Shown here piece by piece: positions 36,372-46,672 of a stretch of DNA of 64,000 nt. Positions within the stretch are counted from its first letter, which is position 1. Every line of letters starts with the position of its first letter. The notes under the pieces are model-generated. The model did not search any database, was not told the origin of the DNA, and was given only the letters and a program-made list of their open reading frames with translations. Source of the DNA: Thecamonas trahens ATCC 50062. Taxonomy: Eukaryota; Protista; Apusomonadida. Location: NCBI RefSeq assembly GCF_000142905.1, contig NW_013657673.1, positions 372,001 through 436,000 of the forward strand, read 5' to 3'. A program made the translations under genes and the position numbers.

Positions 36372-36637
36372 ATACCCGCCAATGTCGCCAGGTCCCGTTC
36401 ATCGCCAAAGACAGCACGACGATGACGACGACGACCAGTCCATTGCGTACCGTAAAGGGATACCCGCCAATGTCGCCAGGTCCCGTGACCGGGTGGAACG
36501 ATGTGGAGGAGGTGACAGGTGATGGTGTAAAGGCGGTTGTGGAGGCCATGTTCGAGCGGACTCTGGCTGTGGTGACCGGGTGGAACGATGTGCAGGAGGT
36601 GACAGGTGATGGTGTAAAGGCGGTTGTGGAGGCCATG
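36350..36637. repeat. Two adjacent direct duplications: about 49 nt (36350, 36438; includes the right TIR) and 66 nt (36485, 36572)
   Basis: Near-identical copies spaced 88 and 87 nt apart. Confidence 0.9.
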
Positions 36638-38923
36638 GCAAGGGAGGTGACCAACAATGAAAGCGAGGCCTTGCTCAAGGTGGAGACTGGCTACAAGGCG
36701 CTGATTCGGGTGGTGGTGCTGGTGGCTGATGCAAGTCGGGCGGCTTTGGAGAGCGAGTCCAGCGAAGGTGTTGTGGGCAGAGGTCGGATCTCGAACAGTG
36801 ACATGACGAAGATGTATGATGCGCTGGAGTTTGCCCTGCCGTCGATGATGCATGCGGTGCGGTTGGTCGCTGGAGGACATGAGTTTGTGAACGAGCTGAG
36901 TCGGGACTGGCTTGATGCCTTCTTCCCGCCATTGGTCGACTCGCTGACGGCGGCCGAGGCTGGTGGGGTGGCATCGGTGCTGATGGGCCAGTACTGGCGC
37001 CTGGTGGTGTGGCTGATGGTCGAGCCGAGGGGTGAGTTTGTCGAGCAGGGCTCAGCAGGGTTTGAGGCCGGAATGCGGTCGTTGATGGCAGCGCTGCCGG
37101 TGCTACACGCCGATGCAGGCGGGCGACAGGCTTTTGAGCACATGGTGTCGTGCGTAGCCAACGGCATTGTCATGACCCGGTCGTGGATCGGATACGACTA
37201 CCAGGCGTTAGGGGACGATCTCTTGAACGCCACGTTTAACGAGTGCGATGTGATGATTCCGATGGTGGCTTACGAGGGCTTGATGGAGATGGACGAGGTT
37301 GCGTTGCTTCGGGAACTGCAGGTTCGGTATGCCGCACTCTGCGATGATGGCATGTTGACCGGGGTCTCCAGTGACACCCTGTACGACGCCGCGAATCTGG
37401 CGATCTATGTCTCCGAGAGACTGGGGCAGTTTGAGGTTGGAGCGGCCTTTCTAGTGATGGCGGCGGTGCGGGCGTTGCCATCAGCTGCTGACTCGATCAA
37501 CATTGCACTCTCAAACCTGGACCCCGATGGCCACCTGACTGTCACAGAAGGAGCCAAGGTGCAGTTCGAGGTAGCCACCAGCGCCTGGCTTGTCGAACTG
37601 GAGGCAACGGTGACGTCTGGTGTGGCGCGCGGCGTACCGTCGCTCGCAGACATGGCTGCGAGAGTCCTCCTGCTGGACGCGGAGTTGCTGCAGGATGCGA
37701 TTATCGACGGCAGGGTGCCAGACGAGGTGGTGGCGCAGGTGCTGCACTCGGCAGACACGGAGCTGACGGGCGGGCGCGAGAAGCCGGCTTCGCTGATGCG
37801 GGCCGAGACGATTGCCATGCGGATCGCAAGCGTGCCGTTTCGCATGTTTCTGGGAGCGGCGGAGGCAAGGAGTGCACGGAGCAAGATGTTGGCGATAGCG
37901 TTGAAGCTCCCGCTTGAGCTCATTGGCGCGGAGCTGCTCGAGTCACTGGCAATGGTGATCAGCACATGGTGTCTAGACGCAGACGATGGTAGCGATGTTG
38001 TGCCGCTGTATGCAAAGGCGTGCGCGGCGTGTGTGCGCGTCACCGAGACCAAGCTGGAGGGTTTTGTGATGCACCTGCGAGCGCTCGAGCTGACTATGGC
38101 GCTGTCTGGCTCGGTGGGCGAGTCTACAGTGGAGCCGTCGCCGGGCGTAATGACCTACCTGGAGAAGTTTGTGTGGGGCGAGAGCAGAACGATCGATGTG
38201 GGGATGAGGGCTCTCTGCGGTGCATTGTCGGATCTGACACGAGCTGCGGACATGGATCCGGGGCTGGTGCCGCCGTTTGAGCTTCTGACGCTTATGACCA
38301 AGTTGGGCGAGCTGTTGCATCCAGGAGCCGGGATGGTGGGCAGCGAGTGGGCCGCGTTTTCGCCGCTGGGCTCGATGGGTGTGTTTGCAACGATGGGAGA
38401 CCTTGCGCTGACGACGCATCCAATGCCAAGGGAGGCGATTTGCGGGCTGATGTGGGCGGTGGGCGACTGCCGGCGGGCGCTCGAGCTCTTGGTCAAGGTC
38501 TCAATCAGGCCAGCGGTGGTTGAGGCACTGGGCCCGATGCGCGCAAGCGCACACGACGCTACACTGGAGACGATGGAGGGCTTTAGCTCACTCGCCACAT
38601 CTGTGCTGCAGTCGCTGTCGTGCGTGGAGATGATGGGCGAAGTGCAGATTTCGCACTTTATGTCCGACGTCTCGGCGGCGGTGATGGCAACGATCGAGTA
38701 CTTGCGCAGCGAGGCGTGCGGCTTTCCATTATCGCTCCCTGACGAGCCCCTGCAGGTGCTGTGTGCACTCGGTGATGCAGCGGCGACGGGGCAGAGCATT
38801 CCCAATGATGTCAAGGCTGCGACTGTGGAGATGCTAGCGGTTGTGTTGCAGTCGCGCGATTTGTCTCAGACGGCGTCTGAGTTGGTGCCGTGGGCGCTGG
38901 AGATGTTGCAGCGGGAAGGGTAG
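36470..38923 (+). CDS. Uncharacterised, probably helical protein (about 817 aa; ORF open from 36422)
   Basis: Long uninterrupted ORF with protein-like composition; no family recognised. Confidence 0.7.
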   Translation: MSPGPVTGWNDVEEVTGDGVKAVVEAMFERTLAVVTGWNDVQEVTGDGVKAVVEAMAREVTNNESEALLKVETGYKALIRVVVLVADASRAALESESSEGVVGRGRISNSDMTKMYDALEFALPSMMHAVRLVAGGHEFVNELSRDWLDAFFPPLVDSLTAAEAGGVASVLMGQYWRLVVWLMVEPRGEFVEQGSAGFEAGMRSLMAALPVLHADAGGRQAFEHMVSCVANGIVMTRSWIGYDYQALGDDLLNATFNECDVMIPMVAYEGLMEMDEVALLRELQVRYAALCDDGMLTGVSSDTLYDAANLAIYVSERLGQFEVGAAFLVMAAVRALPSAADSINIALSNLDPDGHLTVTEGAKVQFEVATSAWLVELEATVTSGVARGVPSLADMAARVLLLDAELLQDAIIDGRVPDEVVAQVLHSADTELTGGREKPASLMRAETIAMRIASVPFRMFLGAAEARSARSKMLAIALKLPLELIGAELLESLAMVISTWCLDADDGSDVVPLYAKACAACVRVTETKLEGFVMHLRALELTMALSGSVGESTVEPSPGVMTYLEKFVWGESRTIDVGMRALCGALSDLTRAADMDPGLVPPFELLTLMTKLGELLHPGAGMVGSEWAAFSPLGSMGVFATMGDLALTTHPMPREAICGLMWAVGDCRRALELLVKVSIRPAVVEALGPMRASAHDATLETMEGFSSLATSVLQSLSCVEMMGEVQISHFMSDVSAAVMATIEYLRSEACGFPLSLPDEPLQVLCALGDAAATGQSIPNDVKAATVEMLAVVLQSRDLSQTASELVPWALEMLQREG

Positions 38924-38949
38924 ACAACCGATGGTTGGAACAAAACAGG

Positions 38950-41900
38950 TTATTCATTGTTGGGCGGAGGCGACGACGAGAGCGGCGAGGGAAGCGACGA
39001 CGGCGAGAGCGGAGCTGCGGCGGAGGGCGACGATGGCGGCGGGGCCGGAGTGAGCGGCGAGAGCGGGGTGTGCGGCAGCAGCTGGGCGTGGGGCGGTGGC
39101 TGAGTGGCGAGGACGAGCGAGCCTGTCTGCGGAAGTGGGGCGGTGGCAGTGGTGGGGGTGATCTGGACGGACGAGGTCGATGTTGCAAGCGACGACGACG
39201 AGTCTGTGCCCGGCGGCCAGTGAAGGCTCGCCGGGTCGCCCCAGTTTGGCACGTCTGCCAGGGTGATGGTGTCGGGGGTAAAGGGCACAATGTCGGGGTC
39301 AAAGCCGTAGTCTGCGCTAGGCAGCCAGTTGCCTGGAGTGGCGATCCACTTGAAGACCTCGAGGAGGAGCTCGTTGGGGAGGCGGGCCAATATGCAGGTG
39401 TCGGCGTACTTGCGCAATGGCTGGCCGGTGAGCGGGTCGGTGACGAGGGTGCGGGCAATGAGCAGGGCTTGCTTGACGGCGCGCTGGACGTAGCGGGGGA
39501 ACTTGAGGTGGACCGAGGGCATCCACGGGACCTGGAGCTTGGCGTAGGCGGCGTAGGCTCCAAGGGCCGAGTAAACGTCGGGGTGCTCCTCGACCGAGGC
39601 GATGTCCATGCACTGGTCAAAGTCAATGCGGACGCGGCGCTCGAGGAGAAAGGCGACAATGTCTGTGTAGCCCTTCTTTGTGGCGATGACGACGGCGGAG
39701 CGAAGGCGCTTTGTGACAGCGTTAGGGTTTGCGCCGGCCGAGTCGACGAGGAAGCGGACGACGTCAGCGTGGCCCTCCTGCGCGGCGATGAGGAGCGGGT
39801 TGAAGCCCTGGTGCTGGCCGGCCTCGACGGCGACGCCGGCGTTGACCAGAAAGGCGACAATGTCTAGGAAGCCCTTCTTGGCGGCGACGTAGAGGGTGGT
39901 CTGCCCATTATCGGTGACGACGTCCGACTGTGCGCCGACCTCATCGACAAGGTAGCGAACGATGTCGATGTGGCCCTGAAGGGCGGCGACGTGGAGGGCG
40001 CGGTAGCCGTTCTTCTCCCCGACCTCGACGTCGAGATCGACGTCGTCGTGGGCGCGGGCGTACTCGATGAGGTACTTGACGGTGTCGAGATGGCCGTAGA
40101 AGGAGGCGAGGTAGACTGCGGTCTGGTCGTCGTTGGCCTGAGCGTCGACGTCGACGTGTGCGACTTCGACGAGGTACTTGACGATTTCGAGCTCGCCCTT
40201 TTCAGCGGCGATGAGCAGCGGGTAAAGCCGTCGTCTGAGGGGAGCTTGGCGTCGAGGCCAGCGTCTTCAACGAGGTACTTGACGATGTCCAGCTTGCCGT
40301 ACCAAGAGGCGATGAAGACCGGGGTGTCGCCGGTCGAGTTGACGATCGAGGTGTCGACGTTGACGTCTTCGACGAGGTAGCGTACAAGGTCGAGCGAGCC
40401 GTTCTTTGCGGCAATGTACAGCGGCGTGGCGCCGTTGTGAGTCTGGGCGTCGGGATCGACGCCGACGGCCTCGATGAGGTAGCGGACAACGGTGCTGTGG
40501 TCGGCCTGGATGGCGATGTGGAGCGGGCGCCAGCCGACTTCTTGTGCGAGTTCCGCGTCTGCGCCGATGGAGTGAAGGAACTCGACGACGTCGAGCTGAC
40601 CGTAGTTTGCGGCGATGTAGATGAGCGACGAGCCCTTGGAGGTGAGGCCCGAAGTGACGGCTGCAGCCGAGTGAACGAGGTAGCGGAGGATGTCGAGGGC
40701 GCCCTCCTGGCAAGCAACGTGGAGCGGTGACCAGCCGTCGTTGGAGGCGAGGTTTGGGTTTGCGCCGACCGAGTCGACAAAGTAGCGGACAAGGTCCTCG
40801 TAGCCGTACTTTGAGCATAGGTAGACGCATGTGATGCCGTTTGCGGACTGGACGTCGGGCGACATGCCGAGCTCGTCAACAAAGTAGCGGACGACGGCAA
40901 ACTGGCCCTTTTGGGCGGCAATGTGGAGCGGAGTGAACCCGTTCTCGTCGCCGAGGGTGTAGTCGAGGGCGACGGTGTTGACGAGGTAGCGGAGAATGTC
41001 GACGTGGCCCTCCTTGGCGGCAATGTAGACGGCAGACTGGCCGTCGTTGGTGCGGGCGTTGACGTTGACCTTACCCGAGGTGACGAGGAACTTGATGACG
41101 TCAAGCCTGTTTTCCTGGACGGCGATGAGGAGCGGGTAAAGTCGTAGTTTGAGGCAGTCTCGAGGTCAGCGTTGGCGTGGTTGACGAGGTAGCGGAGTAC
41201 GTCGAGGTTGCCCTTGGAGGCCGAGATGTAGGTCGGGGTCTGACCGAGGCCGGCCTGGACGTTGGTGTCGACGCCCGCGACCTCGACGAGGTATTTGACG
41301 ATGGCGAGTTGGTTCTTTTCGGTGGCGATGAGGAGCGGGTTGAAGCCGTCCTTGGACGAGACGTTGACGTCCATGCCGACGGTCTCGACAAAGTACTTGA
41401 TGACGTCGAGGTGGCCGTACCAGGCGGCGATAAAGGCCGGAGTGTCGCCGGTATCGTTGACGACCGAGGTGTCTGCGCCGGCTTCCTCGACGAGGAAGCG
41501 GACGAGCGGCATGTCGCCGAGCATGGCGGCGATGTAGACGGCCGACTGGGCGGTCCGCGACTTGGCGTTGACGTTGACTCCGAGTTCGTTGACCAGGAAT
41601 CGGACGACGTCGAGCTGCTTCTCTTCGACGGCGGCAAGGAGCGGGGTGAAGCCCTTTTTCTGCGGCACCTCAGGGTCCATGCCGAGCTCCGAGGCGAGGT
41701 ACTTGACAATGCCGAGGTTACCCTGCTTGGCGGCGATGTAAAGGCCGGTCTGCCCGTTGTGGGTCTTGGCAGAGGTGTTGGCGCCTGCGGCGACGAGGTA
41801 CTTGAGCAGCTCGAGGTGGCCGCAGAAGCAGGCGACCAGGAACGGAGTGTAGCCGGACTTTTCGGCTTCCTCCATGTCCATGGCCAGGACTTCAACCATG

Positions 41901-43123
41901 AACTTGACCAGCTGTGTGTGGCCGTAGTAGGTGCCGATGTAGATGACCGACTGGCCGTCTGCGGCGGGTTCCCAGGCGAGCTCGGTCTTGTCGACGAGGT
42001 ACTTGAACATGTCGTCGAGCCCTTCTTGGGCAGCCATGTGGAGGAGGTGGAAGCCAAACTCGTCGACGATGGACAGGTCTGCGTCTGTCTCCTCGACAAA
42101 GTAGCGGAGGAGGTCAAAGTGACCCGACTCGACCGAGATGAAGACCGGGGTGCGGTTGTCGAGGGTGGTGGCGTTGACGTTAGCGCCGGCGCGCTCGACA
42201 AGGAACTTGACGGCTTCGACGCGGTTCTCCTGAACCGCCATGTGGAGCGGGGTAAAGCCCTGGCCGACCTCGCCGCCGCCCGAGTTGACGTCGATGTCTG
42301 TGGCGGTGAGGATGAGCTCCATGAGCTCGACGTGGCCAAAGAAGGCGGCGATGGAGAGGCAGGTGTTGCCGCCGCCGGTCAGCGCGTGCGGGTCGATGCC
42401 TGGCAGCGAGAGGAGGAGCTTGACAAGGCCGGTGTCGCCGTTGCGTGAGGCGACGTGCAGGGCGTTGTTGCGCCACGCGTGGCGGGAGCGGACAGGCGAC
42501 CATACCATGGGCTCGAGTGCGTTGACGTCGATGCCCTGCGAAGACGCGAGGACTTCTGCAGCGGCAAGGGCGTCGTCCGAGTGGCCCGAGGCCGACCACG
42601 GGCCCGAAGCCGGTGACGGCGAGTCTTCTTCGCCGGCGGCGGGCGGCAGCGGAGCGTCGAGCGACCTTGTACCGGCGGCAACCGGGCCCGGCGGCGAGGC
42701 CGAGCTTGGGCTGACGACGCCGGCAAGCTCGAGAAGGCGCATGACCCGCGAGACATTCCCCGAGTCACACGCCTCGACAAAGTACGAGTTGGCCGAACGC
42801 GGCTGGTGCAGAGTGAGCGGGTCGGCGAGGAGGGCCGAGGCCTCGCCTGCAGGGGCACGGGCGTCAGAGCCGCCAAAGGGAGGTGTGGTCACCGATGATG
42901 AGCTCTGTTCCGAGCGAAGGAACCTAAACGAGCCTCCTCCAATGCCTGCAACCGTATTGGACGCCGAAGGTAGTGCGCCACAGTCGGCGGCGTCTGTACC
43001 CGTCCGTGTGCGGGAGAGGAAGTGGTATGACAACCGTGTGAGTGAATGAGCCGACATTGCGGCGGGCACTGCCACCATCGCATGTGTCCCTTTCCCCAGC
43101 ACCACATGCAGGGGGATGGCCAT
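38950..43123 (-). CDS. Long ankyrin-repeat protein (roughly 25-30 repeats) with C-terminal F-box-like motif; frameshifts near 41135 and 40221
   Basis: Repeated G.TPL..AA..G.L.IV.YLV. Both breaks read TTTACCCG where an intact repeat (about 42250) has TTTACCCCG. C-terminal LARLPNELLLEVFKWI. Confidence 0.92.
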
Positions 43124-44416
43124 GAAGAGGGGAGGGAGGGGGGGGGGGCATGCAGAGGGTATGACAATACAGAAAACAAGAGAAGGATGAGGAAGGGCAA
43201 AGAGGGGGGGTGGGAGGGGGTGGGAGGGAGGGAGGATGTTGGCTCGCTTGCCTTGACCTTGGCCAAGGCGAAGAAGGTCGTGAAACGGCGTTCTGTTCGG
43301 CCAATGAATGGCGAAAAACGTACCCATGAGGGGAGAAGGAAAGGGGGGGGGGAGTCGAGTGGGTAGCCACGGGCGACGAGTTTAATTGGTGGCGAACAAT
43401 TTTGTATTTGTGGTGGAGAGGGGAAGGGAGGGGGGNNNNNNNNNNNNNNNNNNNNNNNNNNNNNNNNNNNNNNNNNNNNNNNNNNNNNNNNNNNNNNNNN
43501 NNNNNNNNNNNNNNNNNNNNNNNNNNNNNNNNNNNNNNNNNNNNNNNNNNNNNNNNNNNNNNNNNNNNNNNNNNNNNNNNNNNNNNNNNNNNNNNNNNNN
43601 NNNNNNNNNNNNNNNNNNNNNNNNNNNNNNNNNNNNNNNNNNNNNNNNNNNNNNNNNNNNNNNNNNNNNNNNNNNNNNNNNNNNNNNNNNNNNNNNNNNN
43701 NNNNNNNNNNNNNNNNNNNNNNNNNNNNNNNNNNNNNNNNNNNNNNNNNNNNNNNNNNNNNNNNNNNNNNNNNNNNNNNNNNNNNNNNNNNNNNNNNNNN
43801 NNNNNNNNNNNNNNNNNNNNNNNNNNNNNNNNNNNNNNNNNNNNNNNNNNNNNNNNNNNNNNNNNNNNNNNNNNNNNNNNNNNNNNNNNNNNNNNNNNNN
43901 NNNNNNGTGGTGGAGAGGGGAAGGGGAGGGGGGGGGGGGGGGGGGGGGAGTGGTCGAGGAAGGAGATGGAATGGAGAATGTTGTTATTGTGATGTTTGCG
44001 ATGGGTATAGGTTTGGTGATTGCAGGTTGCAGTGTTGTTGGTGGTGGTGGTGGTAAGGGGATGTGGACCATGATGATCGGGTGATGGGTGATTGATGGTA
44101 TGGGTGGGTGACCTTGCATCAATTGAGTGTCTATGTGGACATTGATTGATGTTGAGCAAAGGTGAGCGATGGTGTGATATTTGTGATCGGAAGGCGTGTG
44201 CGTGTGTATGTGTGCGTGGGTGACATCGGTGGGTGACTCGGTGGGTGGCTCGGTGGGGGAGGGGGCTGGCGGGTGTGTGCCCAAGGCAAGAAGAGATTGG
44301 CAGCCATCAAGCCATCCCTGCATCCTGGCTGGGTGAGGCACACTTGACGAGCAGGGTGGCTGGCATTGACGACCGAGGTGCAACAGAGAGTAGAGCCTGG
44401 CAAGTGTTAGAGCAAT

Positions 44417-46489
44417 ATGGAGCTGCTAGAGCCTCTGCGTGAGTTTGTGGCACAGTATGTGGAGACGCCCGAGGTGTACGCCCCGACGTTGGCCGGCAAG
44501 TCGCTCGGCCCGGAGATGGTGGCCGCCGTCGAGGCTGCGCTCAAGGCCCTCTTTGACGCCGGCAAGGTGCTTGAGCCGACAGCACTGGCAAAAATGACTC
44601 CGTTGGATGAGCTCCTGGTCAAGGGCTTTGATCCGGAGCAGATTTGGGCGGAGATCCGTGTCCAGCACGAGGCCAAGCTTGACTGGCTTGAGGAGCGGGC
44701 CGAGAAGCTGGTCGACAAGAACGACGCCGGCTCGCTCGGCCCGCTCTCTGAGCATCTGCCATCGAGGACGCAGTCGAGCTCGGATGACGAGAGCGCCGAA
44801 TACGAGGAGGAGGACGAGGACGGACTTGTGAGCGACGGCGCCATGGACGATGACATGCGCGAGCTGATGGAGGAGGCCATGGCGAGTGCCAGCGCGAGTG
44901 CCAGCGCGAGTGCCAGCGCGAGTGCCAGCGCGAGTGCCAGCGCGAGTGCCAGTGATGACGAGAGCGAGGCTGGTGAGAACGAGGGCCCTGCGGTTGCGGC
45001 GATGGAGCTCGCAGCGGCGTCCAGGGGCCCGTCGCATGTCATCGACGACCGGTTCTTCCGATACGACGACTTTGAGCGGATGGGCGACGACCGGATCGAC
45101 GCGCTCGACCCGATGGGTGCCGGCATTGCCGACGACGATGACATCATGCGCGAGCTGTACGGCATGGACGACGACGACGACGGCAGCGACGACGAGAAGG
45201 CCAAGGGCAAGGGCGACAAGGCCAAGTCGCGGAAGCGCAAGGCATCGGCCATGGACGACGACCTTGACGATGTCATGGACCTCAAGTACAACGAGTTCTT
45301 TGACCCGCCGGTCATCCGGGCTGATGACTCGGAGTCAGAGTCGGACGACGACGGCGAGGGTGAGTCGGACGATGACGACAGTAGCGACGGCGAGTCGGAC
45401 GAGGAGTCCGGCTCTGGCTCTGGCTCTGGCTTTGGCTCTGGTTCGGGCTCGGGCTCGGGCTCGGGCTCGGGGACCGAGAAGCTCTCCAAGTACCAGCTCC
45501 GCAAGAAGCGCATGGCGGAGAAGATCGCCAAGCTCGAGGAAAAGTCGCTGGCGCCGAAAAAGTGGTCGATGATGGGTGAGGCGTCTGCGCGGTCACGGCC
45601 AGCCAACTCGCTGCTGACGGAGGATCTCGAGTTCGAGCACGCCATGGCGCCGGTGCCGGCCATCACGGCCGAAACGACGCAGTCGATCGAGGCGATCATC
45701 CGGCAGCGGATCGCCGACCGGGCGTTTGATGACGTGATCCGCAAGAAGGAGGTGCAGGGCGAGGACCCGAGCAAGCAGCCACGCAAGCTGCTCGAGGCCG
45801 AGCTCGGCGCCAAGTCGAAGAAGTCGCTCGCACAAGAGTACGAGGACGCATACATGAAGCAGGCTGGCGCCTACCGCGACGTCGAGGCCGAGAAGGCGAC
45901 TGAGGAGGAGCTCGAGATGCAGCGGCTGTTCCACTCGCTCTGCGAGGACCTCAATGCGCTCTCCAATTACCAGAACGCGCCCAAGCCGTTTGTGCCCGAC
46001 CTGGAGATCGTGGCCAACGCGCCGGCCATCAAGGTCGAGGAAGCCATCCCCATGGCGGTTGCCGAGGGCTCGACGCTCACCGCAAAGGAGGTGTACAGCT
46101 TGAGCAAGTCTGGCGACGCCCTTGCTGGCGAGGGTGAGGTGACCCGCGAGGAGCGGCGCGCCAAGCGCAATCGCAACAAGCGTGCCGCCGCCAAGTCGCG
46201 TGCCCGCGTCGCCGCCCGCACCGTCGTCGCAGGCGCGCCCGAAAAGGCCATGTCCAAGGATGCTGCGCTCAAGGCTATCAAGGCCGACTCGTCGGTCAAG
46301 TTTGCAGGCGACGCGGATCCAGGCGGACCGAACTACGCCCGCTCCGGCGACCTCTTCCGCAAGCTCCAGTCGGACGTCCGTGCCGATCTCTCCTCCTACA
46401 AGGCGTCCAAGAACTCCAAGGCCGGATCCAGCGGCCGCAAGCCGAAGAAGCGGGACCGTTCGGCGGCTACTTCCCAGTACAAGCTCTAG
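44417..46489 (+). CDS. MPP10: U3 snoRNP protein Mpp10
   Basis: GFDPEQIWAEI, DDRFF, KKWSMMGE..A.SRP.NSLL.EDLEFEH, PAITAETT..IE.II.QRI....FDDV.RK, KSKKSLAQEYE. Confidence 0.96.
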   Translation: MELLEPLREFVAQYVETPEVYAPTLAGKSLGPEMVAAVEAALKALFDAGKVLEPTALAKMTPLDELLVKGFDPEQIWAEIRVQHEAKLDWLEERAEKLVDKNDAGSLGPLSEHLPSRTQSSSDDESAEYEEEDEDGLVSDGAMDDDMRELMEEAMASASASASASASASASASASASASDDESEAGENEGPAVAAMELAAASRGPSHVIDDRFFRYDDFERMGDDRIDALDPMGAGIADDDDIMRELYGMDDDDDGSDDEKAKGKGDKAKSRKRKASAMDDDLDDVMDLKYNEFFDPPVIRADDSESESDDDGEGESDDDDSSDGESDEESGSGSGSGFGSGSGSGSGSGSGTEKLSKYQLRKKRMAEKIAKLEEKSLAPKKWSMMGEASARSRPANSLLTEDLEFEHAMAPVPAITAETTQSIEAIIRQRIADRAFDDVIRKKEVQGEDPSKQPRKLLEAELGAKSKKSLAQEYEDAYMKQAGAYRDVEAEKATEEELEMQRLFHSLCEDLNALSNYQNAPKPFVPDLEIVANAPAIKVEEAIPMAVAEGSTLTAKEVYSLSKSGDALAGEGEVTREERRAKRNRNKRAAAKSRARVAARTVVAGAPEKAMSKDAALKAIKADSSVKFAGDADPGGPNYARSGDLFRKLQSDVRADLSSYKASKNSKAGSSGRKPKKRDRSAATSQYKL

Positions 46490-46672
46490 CCATGGATCAT
46501 AGTGTGTTTGTGTATGTGTTTGTGTCTCTGTGGCATTCTGCCGGGGTGTCAAGGACTGCGGGGGGAGAGGGGGGGGGGGTCAGAGGTTAGGGGTCAGGGG
46601 TCACGGGTAGGCTGTAGAAGCGAGAGAGTGAGACACGTGACTGTCAGAGGCAAGAGACACAAGGGGGGAGGT

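Noticed and set aside
36350-36637. Repeat-spacer-like pattern suggesting CRISPR
   Set aside because: Two different repeats with only two copies each, no cas genes, eukaryotic context.
44881-44953. 12-nt tandem repeat (Ala-Ser)n and (Gly-Ser)n at about 45410-45470 in MPP10
   Set aside because: Ordinary slippage repeats in a disordered acidic region.
44407-45855. Long antisense and alternate-frame ORFs (also 46950-48515, 41177-42448, 34347-35723, 50592-51953)
   Set aside because: Shadow ORFs expected from high GC3 opposite real genes.
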